Assembly (NCBI GenBank): GCA_965240325.2 | Contig: OZ251223.1 | Location: 1,798,001-1,862,000, forward strand | Length of the DNA stretch: 64,000 nucleotides | Reading direction: 5' to 3' | Origin: Rebecca billardiae RCC1528 | Taxonomy: Eukaryota; Protista; Haptophyta | Part shown: one piece after another, positions 8,672 through 18,018 of the stretch | Layout: each line of letters opens with the position of its first letter | Position numbering within the stretch: position 1 is the stretch's first letter | Program-made: the position numbers and the translations under genes | The notes under the pieces: generated by a model | The model's input: only the letters and a program-made list of their open reading frames with translations | Database searches by the model: none | Told to the model about the DNA's origin: nothing

Positions 8672-11053
8672 ATGCCCTTACCGCCTCTGCCGGAGCCTTC
8701 GGCGTCCGCTCGACGTGACCATGCGGGCCCAACGCTGCGCAGCAACTGGCTCGTCCCGGGCGTGGTGCTCGCGAGCGACCGCTCCGGCCTCGAAGAGGCC
8801 GACAACTTGAAGGCGCTCGTCGCGGCCGGCGTGAACACTGTCGTGTGCCTGCAGACGCGCGCCGAGTGCAAGGCGGCGCTGAGCTACGTCGAGCGCGCGA
8901 GAGCGCTCGTCGGTCCCGACGCCTTCACCTTCCTCGAGTTCCCCATCGTCGACCAGTCCACCGCGCCCGACGAGCTCCTCGTGCCGTTTGTCGCCGAGCT
9001 CGCCGAGCGCGTGCGCAACGGCAGCGTCGTCGTGATCCACTGCCGCGGGGGGCACGGCCGCACGGGGACCGTGTCGGCCTTGCTACTGGGCGCACTCTAC
9101 GGCATCGACGCCGCCGAGGCGGTCCGCCGCGCCCAGTGGGCGCACGACTGCCGCGCGCAGCCGATCTTCTGCGCGCGGAGCGCGCGAGAGCTGTCGGGTG
9201 CGCTGCCCGGCCTGGGTGAGTGCGTCATGCTCTTCGACGAGCAGCGCGAGCAGGTGGTGCGCGTGCTCGGCAGCGGGGTGCTGGGCTCAGACGGCCCGGC
9301 GCCTGCCGCCCGCGCCTCGTCCCACGTGTACGGCCGCGGCGCGTCGCAGTACGACGAGGCGGCCATGTGCGCGTGGAGGGAGGCGGGCGAGGCGGCGACC
9401 GATGCGACCCGCTCGCGCGATTGGGAGCGCGCCGCGCATTACTTCGAGCGGTGCACGCGCATCCGGCCGGACTGGGCGAAGGGGCACGCGTGCCTCGCAC
9501 GGGCGCTGCTCAAGCTCGACCGCGCGTCGGAGGCAGCGGACGTGCTCCGAGCGGCACTGGCCACGGAGCAGCCGACGACGGTGATGGGTGGCGGCGCAGG
9601 CGAGGGCGACGCCGATGCCGCTGCGCGCGCAGAGATGGCGCGCTTGCTGGCGTCCATCGAGGCGGGAGACGGGCGAGGGGGCGCGCAGCCAAGCGCCCCG
9701 CCCTCACTGCCGCCGCCTCCGCCAAGGGCACCGTCCCCCGAGCCAGTGGCGACGACGCAGCCCGTCGGCCGCACCACGCCGTCGGCCAGTCCGCCGGTGC
9801 GCGCCGGCGGACTGGCCAGCCTCGTGCTGCTGTGCGGGCCGCCCGGCGCGGGTAAGACCACCTTCTGCTCGGCGCTCGAGGCTTCGCGGCCGTCGCGCTG
9901 CGTGCGCGTCTCGCAGGATGAGCTCGGCGGCTCGCGCCGCGCCTTCGAAGCCGCGCTCGCCGAGGCGGTGCGCGCCGCCGCGCCGCCGCGCCGCCAGTGC
10001 GTGCTGGTCGACCGGTGCAACGCCTCGGCCGCCGACCGTGCGGACGTGCTCGGCGTTGCGTTCCGCCCGTCGGACGCCGTGTGCGTGTGGTTCGACGTGG
10101 ACGCGGCGGAGTGCGCCCGCCGCGCGGCCGCGCGCGTGGGCCACCCGACCATCCCGTACGGCTGTGGCCGCCCCGCCGTCGAGAGCATGGCGCAGCAGCT
10201 GCGCCGAACGCCGCCGTCCGCGCGCGAGGGGTTTGCAGAGCTGGTGGTCGTGCGCTCGGCCGCGGACGCCGACGCGCTGCTCGCGCGCTGGGGCGCGCGC
10301 CCGGCCGAGCCCGCGCCGGTCTTCAAGTTCCCGCGCACCAAGCACGCGCTGCACACGGGCGGGTACGCCGTCTCGCGGGACGACCTCGTGATGAGCGCGG
10401 CTGAGCTCGCCCCGTTCATCGACGGGCGCACACTCGTGCTCGCGGAGGAGAAGGTGGACGGCGCCAACCTCGGCCTCTCGCTCTCCAGCGGCTACGAGGT
10501 GCGCGCGCAGAACCGCTCGCACTTCGTCAGCCCGGAGTCGGCGCCGCAGTTCCGCGCGCTGGGCGCGTGGATCGACGCACACGCCGGCGCGCTGTGCGCG
10601 CTGCTCGAGCCCGAGCACGAGGTCCTCTTTGGCGAGTGGCTGTACGCGCGCCACTCGGTGAGCTACAGCCGTCTGCCCGCCTACTTTGTGGCGTTTGACC
10701 TCTTCGACAAGCGCAGCAACAGCTTCGTCAGCCACGACGAGCTGCGCGAGCGGCTCGCGGCGGCGGCCGGGCCGGCCATCCCCGCCGTGCGCACCGTCGC
10801 GCGGCGCACCTTCAGCTCCGCGGACGAGCTGCTCGCGCTGCTCGACGAGCGCTCGGCCTATGGCGACGGCCCTGTCGAGGGCGTGTACCTGCGCATCGAC
10901 TCGGCGCACGGCGCGGGCGTCGGTGGGCGGCTCGTCACGCGCGCCAAGCTCGTCCGCCCGGACTTTGTGCAGACCGTCTCGGAGGGTGGGCACTGGAGCA
11001 GCCGCGTCCTGGAGCGCAACACGCTCGATCCAGAGCGCTGCCACTATGCGTGA
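8672..11053 (+). CDS. Multi-domain RNA end-healing/sealing-like protein: Cys-phosphatase + TPR + P-loop kinase + ATP-dependent RNA ligase
   Basis: HCRGGHGRTG (CX5R, ~9038-9067); TPR-like helices (DWERAAHYFERCTRIRPDWAKGHACLARALL); GPPGAGKTT and LVDRCN; ligase motifs KFPRTKH, EEKVDGANLG, FGEWLYARHS, FVAFD, EGVYLR, RAKLVRPDF. Start placed at ATG 8672 by inference. Confidence 0.85.
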   Translation: MPLPPLPEPSASARRDHAGPTLRSNWLVPGVVLASDRSGLEEADNLKALVAAGVNTVVCLQTRAECKAALSYVERARALVGPDAFTFLEFPIVDQSTAPDELLVPFVAELAERVRNGSVVVIHCRGGHGRTGTVSALLLGALYGIDAAEAVRRAQWAHDCRAQPIFCARSARELSGALPGLGECVMLFDEQREQVVRVLGSGVLGSDGPAPAARASSHVYGRGASQYDEAAMCAWREAGEAATDATRSRDWERAAHYFERCTRIRPDWAKGHACLARALLKLDRASEAADVLRAALATEQPTTVMGGGAGEGDADAAARAEMARLLASIEAGDGRGGAQPSAPPSLPPPPPRAPSPEPVATTQPVGRTTPSASPPVRAGGLASLVLLCGPPGAGKTTFCSALEASRPSRCVRVSQDELGGSRRAFEAALAEAVRAAAPPRRQCVLVDRCNASAADRADVLGVAFRPSDAVCVWFDVDAAECARRAAARVGHPTIPYGCGRPAVESMAQQLRRTPPSAREGFAELVVVRSAADADALLARWGARPAEPAPVFKFPRTKHALHTGGYAVSRDDLVMSAAELAPFIDGRTLVLAEEKVDGANLGLSLSSGYEVRAQNRSHFVSPESAPQFRALGAWIDAHAGALCALLEPEHEVLFGEWLYARHSVSYSRLPAYFVAFDLFDKRSNSFVSHDELRERLAAAAGPAIPAVRTVARRTFSSADELLALLDERSAYGDGPVEGVYLRIDSAHGAGVGGRLVTRAKLVRPDFVQTVSEGGHWSSRVLERNTLDPERCHYA

Positions 11054-11227
11054 CCGTGTGGTGGTGAGCAAGTCCGTGCAGGCGTGCACAGGCAGGTCCG
11101 GGAACCGATCGACGACAGCGCCGGGGGGCGCCGCCGCGGACGGCGGATAAAAAGAGCGCGGCTTCGTCATCCGCAACTCGCGCGTTCGTCGCAGATTGCA
11201 CAGCCGAGGCTCGCCGCCCAGACAAGC

Positions 11228-11611
11228 ATGATGATCGCCGTGATGGTGGCCGCCGCGGCGGCGCTGCGGCCGCCGGTGCAGCCGCACGTCGCCCCGATGA
11301 CGCATGCGCGTATGCCCGCGGTTGCCAAGCCGGCTCCCGCGCTTGCGTCTAAGCTGCTCGGCGCCACAGCGGCGTTCGCGCCGATGGTGGCATTCGCGGC
11401 TGATGTCGTCGCCAATGAGGACCTCGACTACGGCAGTGTCTCCGCGCCGAGCTGGATCCTGCCGGCTGGGGCGGCTGCCGCCATCCTGACGGCTCTTCTT
11501 CCCGTCGTCCTGCAGTCTGGTGACGATGCCGCACGTGAAATGCAGGAGCGCGACAAGGACTCGTTTGGCAAGGAGTTTGCGGACTCGGTGACGAAAAAGC
11601 GTGATCGCTAA
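11228..11611 (+). CDS. Small single-TM protein with a tripartite presequence, likely thylakoid membrane
   Basis: Signal MMIAVMVAAAAA, a transit-like segment, a second hydrophobic stretch ending AFA-A (lumen-transfer-like), then DYGSVSAP, TM WILPAGAAAAILTALLPVVL and a charged tail. Confidence 0.7.
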   Translation: MMIAVMVAAAAALRPPVQPHVAPMTHARMPAVAKPAPALASKLLGATAAFAPMVAFAADVVANEDLDYGSVSAPSWILPAGAAAAILTALLPVVLQSGDDAAREMQERDKDSFGKEFADSVTKKRDR

Positions 11612-12967
11612 GCCCCCCCACGGCGGAACGTTGCTCGTGGTGTGCGAGCTGTGCATCGTCACCTATGCTGCGTCGAGCGCGCACGTTACCACTGAGCATT
11701 GCAGTGCGAGGACGATGATCATGAGTGCTCTCAGTGGTCTCGGGAATTGCGGCCCGGTGCGGCTGTGCTGATTTCGCCATTACGCTCATCGCCTGATCAG
11801 GCCGTGCAAAAGCCCGCTGCACATGTGCGTGGCGCGCGACGCCGAGCAGAGATCTGTTCTGTGTCGGGCGCCACAACCGCTGCTGACGGCTGTTCCCAAT
11901 TGGCTCATTTGGCTGCGACTTCAGATTCGTCCGGTCGGCACGGTGCCCGGAGTGCCCCGGGCCCCGGGGCCGCCCGGATCACGTGACAGTCGTGACACGT
12001 CACGCCGGCTGACTCCGAGCGGGCGAATCGTGTCTAAGCAGTCACCGGCGTTGGTTGCAGAGCATAGCCTGAACTGCGACGGATCAGATAAATAATGGCT
12101 TATAATATTGACCGCCAATTGACGGCAGTCGTCGGAACAATCCAGCCGGGTCACGGGTCTGACAGTCCCGACTTGCCGTTGCCATCTGCGCGGCTCGCAT
12201 GGATATCGACCTGCTGTGCCCCAAGTGTGACGAGGGACGGACGGACTGTGAGGCTGTCCTGCGCTGCGACAGGCGCGACGCGCCACGTTCAGTCTCATAC
12301 TCACTCAACTGCTACGACGACAGTAGACTACTACCGTTTAGACCGAGACGTACTCGGTCTCGGGACACGACGCGTCACCTATGTGCGAATCAAGGCCTAT
12401 ATGGCCGGCCATGACCGATGATATTGGCCGCTAGGCGGCCATGGCCGATGGAAAGCGGCCAACCAGCCATCACTGGCCGATGGGTATTGGCCGATGCCGA
12501 TGGCGGTCCGGCGGCCGGACCGCCCCGCGGGGAGGCCGCGCCGGACGGCACTCGCACTGCCACGGCGCCGGCGCGTGGCCTCGCGGCGCGTGCGCACGCC
12601 GCCACGCGGGCTGCAGCACTGTCCGACTCTGCACGGTCGTAGTCCGAGAGGGCGGCCCCGGGGCTCGGCCGAGCCCCAGTGGCGGTCTCTGACCGAGCGT
12701 GGCAGGTGGGTCGTGTGTGTGTGTGTTAATCTGATATAAGATAAATTAAGATATCCCGGAGACTACTACGCGGCATGTCTATTGTAGCTATCTGGCGCGC
12801 CGGCCCGGCGAGTGAACTGTGAAGGACGCGAGGTGCAGGCGGCGAGCCCGGTGAGACTCCGAGGGCGAGTCAGCGGCCGCACCCGCGCCCGCGACCCCTA
12901 CTTCTGCCACGGCTGGCGCTTGCACTGCCAGCAGCGCCGTCGTCTGCCGACGCGGCGACCGGCAGCG

Positions 12968-13098
12968 CTAAATCAGCCCGGGCTGATTTAAGCTTATCTC
13001 AGCCCGGGCTGATTTAAGCCCTTAAATCAGCCCGGGCTGAGATAAGCTCCGCGCGAGCTTATCTCAGCCCGGGCTGAGATAAGCGCTTATCTCAGCCC
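12968..13098. repeat. Array of CCCGGG-centred palindromes in the left TIR (mirrored at ~15300-15430)
   Basis: Four units such as ttatctcagcccgggctgagataa and taaatcagcccgggctgattta, joined by further palindromic junctions. Confidence 0.9.
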
Positions 13099-13839
13099 AG
13101 CGGCTCGCGACTCGGCCGCCGTGGACTCGGAGCGCACGTCGCGCGGTGCGGCCCGCCCGCTCCATGGCTGCACGCGCTGCTGTGTCTTCGGTGGCCACAG
13201 GGTGAAGTGCGCTGAGTATAGTGGCGGGCCCAGCTCCACCCACCCCCTTCTCCCTGGCCCGCCCCGCCTGCCCTCGCCCGCATCGGATGCCTTCCTCGCG
13301 CATGCAACGGCCTCAGCCAACGCCATTGTTCCACCATCGATTCCACCATCGACGGTCGCGGGTACTTGTACGTCGTGTACTGTACATGTGTGTCATGTGT
13401 AATCGCACGCATGTGGCCACGGCCCACGTGCACCTGTCTGCCGTGTGCCGTCGCCCTTGTACCGCGTTGCCCTTGTACCGTTCGCGCGTTGCGGCATGTG
13501 CTTGCCCAGCTTGGCATACTTGCCGGTCACGCTCGACGCTGGATCAGCCAGTCATCGCGATCCCGTCAGATCGAAACGGTCCCTTCGCGCGGCGCACTAC
13601 TCTGCGCGGCGGCTGCCGGTTCATGACCGAGCTTGGACCATCAGCTGACAGCTGTGGTGTGCGGCTCGCTGCGTCTCAAGCGTGGCAGGCGCTTCGGCAG
13701 AGTAATACACTGTCGACGGTCGTGGCGCCGCAGCTGGTGGGCTCACCGGCGCCGTCGCGCTCGCAGCTTTCGGCGCGCTTGGCGAGCACGCCAAGGTCGC
13801 CGCGCGCACCGTGGTCCGCGTGCACACAACGGCCGCCGC

Positions 13840-14200
13840 GCGCGCCGCAGCCGTCTTGCGCGCCGCAGCCGGCGAGCGCGCCGCGGCCGGCGAGCGCGCC
13901 GCGGCTGCTGAGCGCGCCCGGCCGGCGAGCGCGCCGCGGCCGGCGAGTGCGCCGCGGCCGCTGCGCGCGCCCGGCCGGTGAGCGCGCCGCGGCTGCCGCG
14001 CGCCGCGCGGCTGGCGATTGCGCCGCGGCTGCCACGCGCGCTGCGGCCGGTAAGCGCGCCACGGCGGCAGACAGCGTAACTCGGCCGTCGCGCCCGGCCG
14101 GCGAGCGCGCCGTGGCTGCTGCGCGCGCCGCGGCTGCCGCGCGCGCCGCGGCCGGCGAGCGCGCCGAGGCCGACCAACGCGCCGCGACCGCCCCGCGCAC
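13840..14200. repeat. Degenerate 18-bp GC-rich minisatellite inside the foldback element
   Basis: Repeated gccggcgagcgcgccgcg-like units; related units occur in the opposite orientation at ~14470-14660. Confidence 0.7.
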
Positions 14201-15804
14201 GGCGACCGAAGGCGAGTCTGTGGCGGATAGCGAGCTTGCCGCTGCGGCTAGTGAGCGCGCCGCAACCGGCGCGGATGGATGGTGCAGCCGGGGCTTGCGC
14301 CACCGCAACCGGTGAGCAGGCCGCGCCAGCATGCGTAGGTATTGGCGAGCGCGCCACCGCAACCGGCGAGCGCGCACCGCACGGGCCACAGATGCCCATT
14401 GGTCCAACGCCGCAGGTGCCCATCAAGCCTGGCGCCAACACGTGACAGTTGCGCGATGAGGCTGAGCGTGCTCGCCGGCCGCTGCGCGCTCACTGGCCGC
14501 GGCGGCGCGCTCGCTCGCTATCCGCCACAGACTAGCCTTCGGTCGTCGCGCACGGCCGCGGCGCGCTGGTCCGCCGCGGCGCGCGCGGCAGCCACGGCGC
14601 GCGCGGCAACCGCGGCGCGCGCGGCGGCCACCGCGCGCGTGGCGCATGCGGCGGCCGCTGCGTGCGTGCGGACCGCGGCGCACACCGCAACCTTAGCTTG
14701 CTGTCCGTGCGCACCAGCCCCTGAGCCGCGGCACGCGCTGCGAGCTTGGCGTGCTCGCCGTGCGCGCCGACAGCTGCGGGCGTGCCGGCGTCGGCGCGCC
14801 CACTAGCCGCAGCGCCATGATCGTCCATGGAGCTGCGCCGGTGCCCATGCCTGTGCCGCTGGCACCGGTACGCCCGCGCGCGGCGGCCGCGGTGGCAACG
14901 TTCAGCACATTTTGAACAACGTGCAATGGCAACAGCACACAACCGACTGTAGCGCACGGGCCGTGTTCACCCGCGTGCGACTACGCGCGGACATGGTCAA
15001 CTGGCGAACGTCGATGGTGCGTCCATGGTGTTGGCTGCATGCTTCTCATGCGGGCAGCAAGTCCACAAGCCGAGTTGCCGCCGTGGAGTTGCATGCGCGA
15101 GGAAGGCATCCGATGCGGGCGAGGGCAGGCGGGGCGGGCCAGGGAGAAGGGGGTGGGTGGAGCTGGGCGCCCGCCACTAGACTCAGCGCACTTCACCCTG
15201 TGGCCACCGAAGACACAGCAGCGCGTGCAGCCATGGAGCGGGCGGGCCGCACCGCGCGACGTGCGCTCCGAGTCCACGGCGGCCGAGTCGCGAGCCGCTG
15301 GGCTGAGATAAGCGCTTATCTCAGCCCGGGCTGAGATAAGCTCGCGCGGAGCTTATCTCAGCCCGGGCCGATTTAAGCGCTTAAATCGGCCCGGGCTGAG
15401 ATAAGCTTAAATCGGCCCGGGCTGATTTAGCGCTGCCGCGCGGCGACTGCGGCAGCCTCGCGGCGAGCGGACGAGCTGTGGCTGCCGCAGCACAGTATTC
15501 GGCTGCAAGCACCTTCTGCGACGAGATCATGCCCATACAGAGTCGACGAGCCGACCGGTCGTTGGGGTCGACCATAGGCGACGTTGACTTTCTGCCCGAC
15601 GAGTGGTGAATAATATTGCGCCGAAAAAGAAAATAAATTATGAATATGTAATGAATACAGCGCATCGTCATCCTTATTTATTCATTTATTCGTCGTAGTC
15701 GGCCACTGGCCGATGAACGGGCGAAAGTGGGCATCTCGTGGCCGACGGGTTGGCCGACGCCCGTCGAGGCTTGATTCGCACACAGCGCGTCACGACGGTA
15801 CGGT

Positions 15805-18018
15805 TTAGTATGAAGGGTCATACTGCATGTCTTCCGCGAGTGTTGTCCCTGCGCCGCCTGTGCGCATCGCGATCGCCGTGTGCGCGCTAAATGCCGCGTT
15901 CGACAGGCTGGGGTCCAGCGCGCGCTGGAGCACCTCGCTCAGCGAGGACTGCCGGTTCGCCATCGACGCACGGCGGCGGAAGGACGTCGGACGAGAGGGT
16001 GGAGCCTGCGAGCCCTGAGGGCCCTGCGAGGCCGAGCTGCCAACAAGGGAGGCCCGTCCGTCGTCGGGCGGCGGCGCAGCGAGCTGACTGAGCGAGACCT
16101 GGGAGCTGCCGCGCTGCTGCCACGCGCGCACGCCGTTGAGGACGGCGCCCTGGAGGGCGCGCTCGCCTCGCGCGCCGGGGGGGAGCGCCGTGCCCGACTC
16201 CACGTTGTCCGCGTGCCTGGTGAGCGCGAAGCTGATGTCGTCGTGCTTCTCAGTGAGCACGTTGGCAAAGTCGTCCGCGCCGTGCGCGATCTGCAGGTGG
16301 CGCAGCAGCTTGTCCCCCGGCGGCAGGTCAAAGTTGGCGCCGACCTCGGCGATGTTGATGCGCACCATCTGCGCCAGCCTCGGGATCGTGACCGCGTTGC
16401 GCAGCACCTGCTCGCGCGCTGCCTCGTTCTCGGCGACGGCCGCGCGGAAGTCCCGCCCAGCGAGCGCCAGCACGGTCAGCTCCGTCTGCGCGACCGCCGT
16501 CGCGAGCCTGTGCCGGCGCAGGAAGAGCGCCAGCTCGCCCACGTACGCGTTGGTCGAGCGCGGGGTGATCACGCGCAGCACGGCGCCCTCGTCCGCGCGC
16601 AGCTCGAGCACGCCCGCCAGCACGATGTAGAACGTGTCGCCGTGGTCGCCAGCGCTGAAGAGCCGGGCGCCGGCCTTGACCTTCTCCGTCCTCGCCACCT
16701 GGCTGAGCTGCAGGATCGCCTCGTCGTCGAGGGCGCGGAAGTGCGGCAGCACGTTGAGCACCTGCGTCATCATGCTCGAGACGACGCGCTCCACGTCCTT
16801 GAGCGCCGCGCCCACCGCCACGTCCGTCGTGTCGATCGCGAGCAGCACGGTGTCCTCCTGGGCGACGACGCTGGCGTTGCGACGGATGCGGCCAGGCGCG
16901 ATCAGCGCCGACTCGCCGAACGTGTCGCCCTTCGCCAGCAGCTTGTACTCGCGGCCGCGCGTGTCGGTGACGCGCGCGTGGCCGGAGGTGATGACGAAGA
17001 ACTTGCTCGCACACGCGGTGCCCTCGTGCAGGATCACCTGGTACCGTGGCCGGAGCTCCCACGCCGTCGCCCCGGCGAGGCGGCGGAGCTCGGCGTCGGA
17101 GCACCCGTGGAAGTACCTGACGCGCCGCAGCTCGTCCATCGTGCGCTCGATCGGCACGTCGAGACGGCGCGTCGCACTCAGCCCTCGGCTCGACTGCGCG
17201 GCGCTGGCACTCGCAGCGCGCGGCAGCGTCGCGCGCCGCGCCAGGCGCTCGGCGCCGCTCACGGGCACGGGGAGGCCCAGGGTGCGGTGGAGAGCGGGGG
17301 GCTCTTCGGGCGCTAGCCTCGCGGCTGCGCGCATGCGCCGATGCTCCATATCGATCAGCGACGTGTACTGTGGGCGCACGCACGCGTGGAGCGCAGATGG
17401 CGTACAGTACAAGAGGCGGCGCGCGGGGGTCGTGGGCCACCGGCGGGTTGCGCGCGCGCTGCGCACGCGGCTCCACCGGTGGGCCGCGCCCGGCTGGCGA
17501 CGTACCTTAGGCCTCACCGGCCGGTGACTCGAGAAGCCAACGGTCGGCGGCAGGGCGCTCAGCGACTCGGGGATCAGAAGGCTGCCCTCGTACTCGAAGG
17601 ACACGTGGCCGATGGACGTCTGCCTGGCGAGCGAGCTGAGTGGCGAGTCCACGCGGGCGACGTCGATCCCAATCGCCGGTGGGGAGGGGCTCCGGCGGGG
17701 TGAGATTTGGCTCTGTGCGGTGCGGCTTTCGCGCGGCGGCGAGCCCGCCCGTGAGCGGGCGGCAAGCGCTGACGAGTGCGGGCGTGGGCGCAGCACGCCA
17801 CGATGCCGGTCTGCGGGCGTCGACGGCGCCGCTGGCCGAATCTCGAAAATTGGCCCGCGGAGAGCCCCTGCCGGTGTTGTCGCCGGGCGTGACGGTGTTG
17901 CCGCCGGTCGTGGCGCGGTGGCCGGGCTCCCCGTACCCGCCGGCGACGTCGGGGGGCGGCCCAGTGATGGGCTCAGGTGTGATGGCCCCCCCACTGTGGG
18001 CAGTACAGCCGCCGCCAT
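15805..18018 (-). CDS. Protein with two cyclic-nucleotide-binding (cNMP) domains; probable in-frame intron 17368-17505
   Basis: FFVITSGHARV...GDTFGESAL...RRNASVVA and GDHGDTFYIVLAGVL...YVGELAL...RLATAVA; disordered Pro/Ser-rich N- and C-termini; AAG|GTACG...CCACAG|TAC splice signals. Confidence 0.85.
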   Translation of the reverse strand: MAAAVLPTVGGPSHLSPSLGRPPTSPAGTGSPATAPRPAATPSRPATTPAGALRGPIFEIRPAAPSTPADRHRGVLRPRPHSSALAARSRAGSPPRESRTAQSQISPRRSPSPPAIGIDVARVDSPLSSLARQTSIGHVSFEYEGSLLIPESLSALPPTVGFSSHRPVRPKVRRQPGAAHRWSRVRSARATRRWPTTPARRLLYCTPSALHACVRPQYTSLIDMEHRRMRAAARLAPEEPPALHRTLGLPVPVSGAERLARRATLPRAASASAAQSSRGLSATRRLDVPIERTMDELRRVRYFHGCSDAELRRLAGATAWELRPRYQVILHEGTACASKFFVITSGHARVTDTRGREYKLLAKGDTFGESALIAPGRIRRNASVVAQEDTVLLAIDTTDVAVGAALKDVERVVSSMMTQVLNVLPHFRALDDEAILQLSQVARTEKVKAGARLFSAGDHGDTFYIVLAGVLELRADEGAVLRVITPRSTNAYVGELALFLRRHRLATAVAQTELTVLALAGRDFRAAVAENEAAREQVLRNAVTIPRLAQMVRINIAEVGANFDLPPGDKLLRHLQIAHGADDFANVLTEKHDDISFALTRHADNVESGTALPPGARGERALQGAVLNGVRAWQQRGSSQVSLSQLAAPPPDDGRASLVGSSASQGPQGSQAPPSRPTSFRRRASMANRQSSLSEVLQRALDPSLSNAAFSAHTAIAMRTGGAGTTLAEDMQYDPSY

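Larger units (their letters stand above)
12960..15438. mobile_element. Foldback/Mutator-like non-autonomous element with ~350-bp TIRs and 9-bp TSD
   Basis: 12960-13308 is a near-perfect reverse complement of 15088-15438. The 9-bp direct repeat cgcggcgac lies at 12951-12959 and 15439-15447. No transposase ORF is visible. Confidence 0.92.
12379..15785. mobile_element. Non-autonomous DNA transposon with 16-bp TIRs and 8-bp TSD (hAT/P-like), interrupted by a nested element
   Basis: Left TIR ctatgtgcgaatcaag (12379-12394); right TIR cttgattcgcacacag (15770-15785), 15/16 match. Identical 8-mer cgcgtcac at 12371-12378 and 15786-15793. Clusters of tggccga(t/c)g subterminal repeats lie near both ends. 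Confidence 0.85.

Noticed and set aside
2783-8871. Many overlapping Arg/Ala/Pro-rich ORFs on alternative frames
   Set aside because: Stop codons are scarce at this GC content; each is explained as the shadow of a recognisable gene.
12968-13098. Palindromic repeats resembling a CRISPR array
   Set aside because: No unique spacers and no cas genes; they lie inside a TIR mirrored at 15300-15430 in eukaryotic DNA.
13221-14441. ORFs of 230-364 aa inside the foldback element as transposase or captured gene
   Set aside because: Low-complexity translations of an 18-bp minisatellite; no DDE, zinc-finger or other domain motif.
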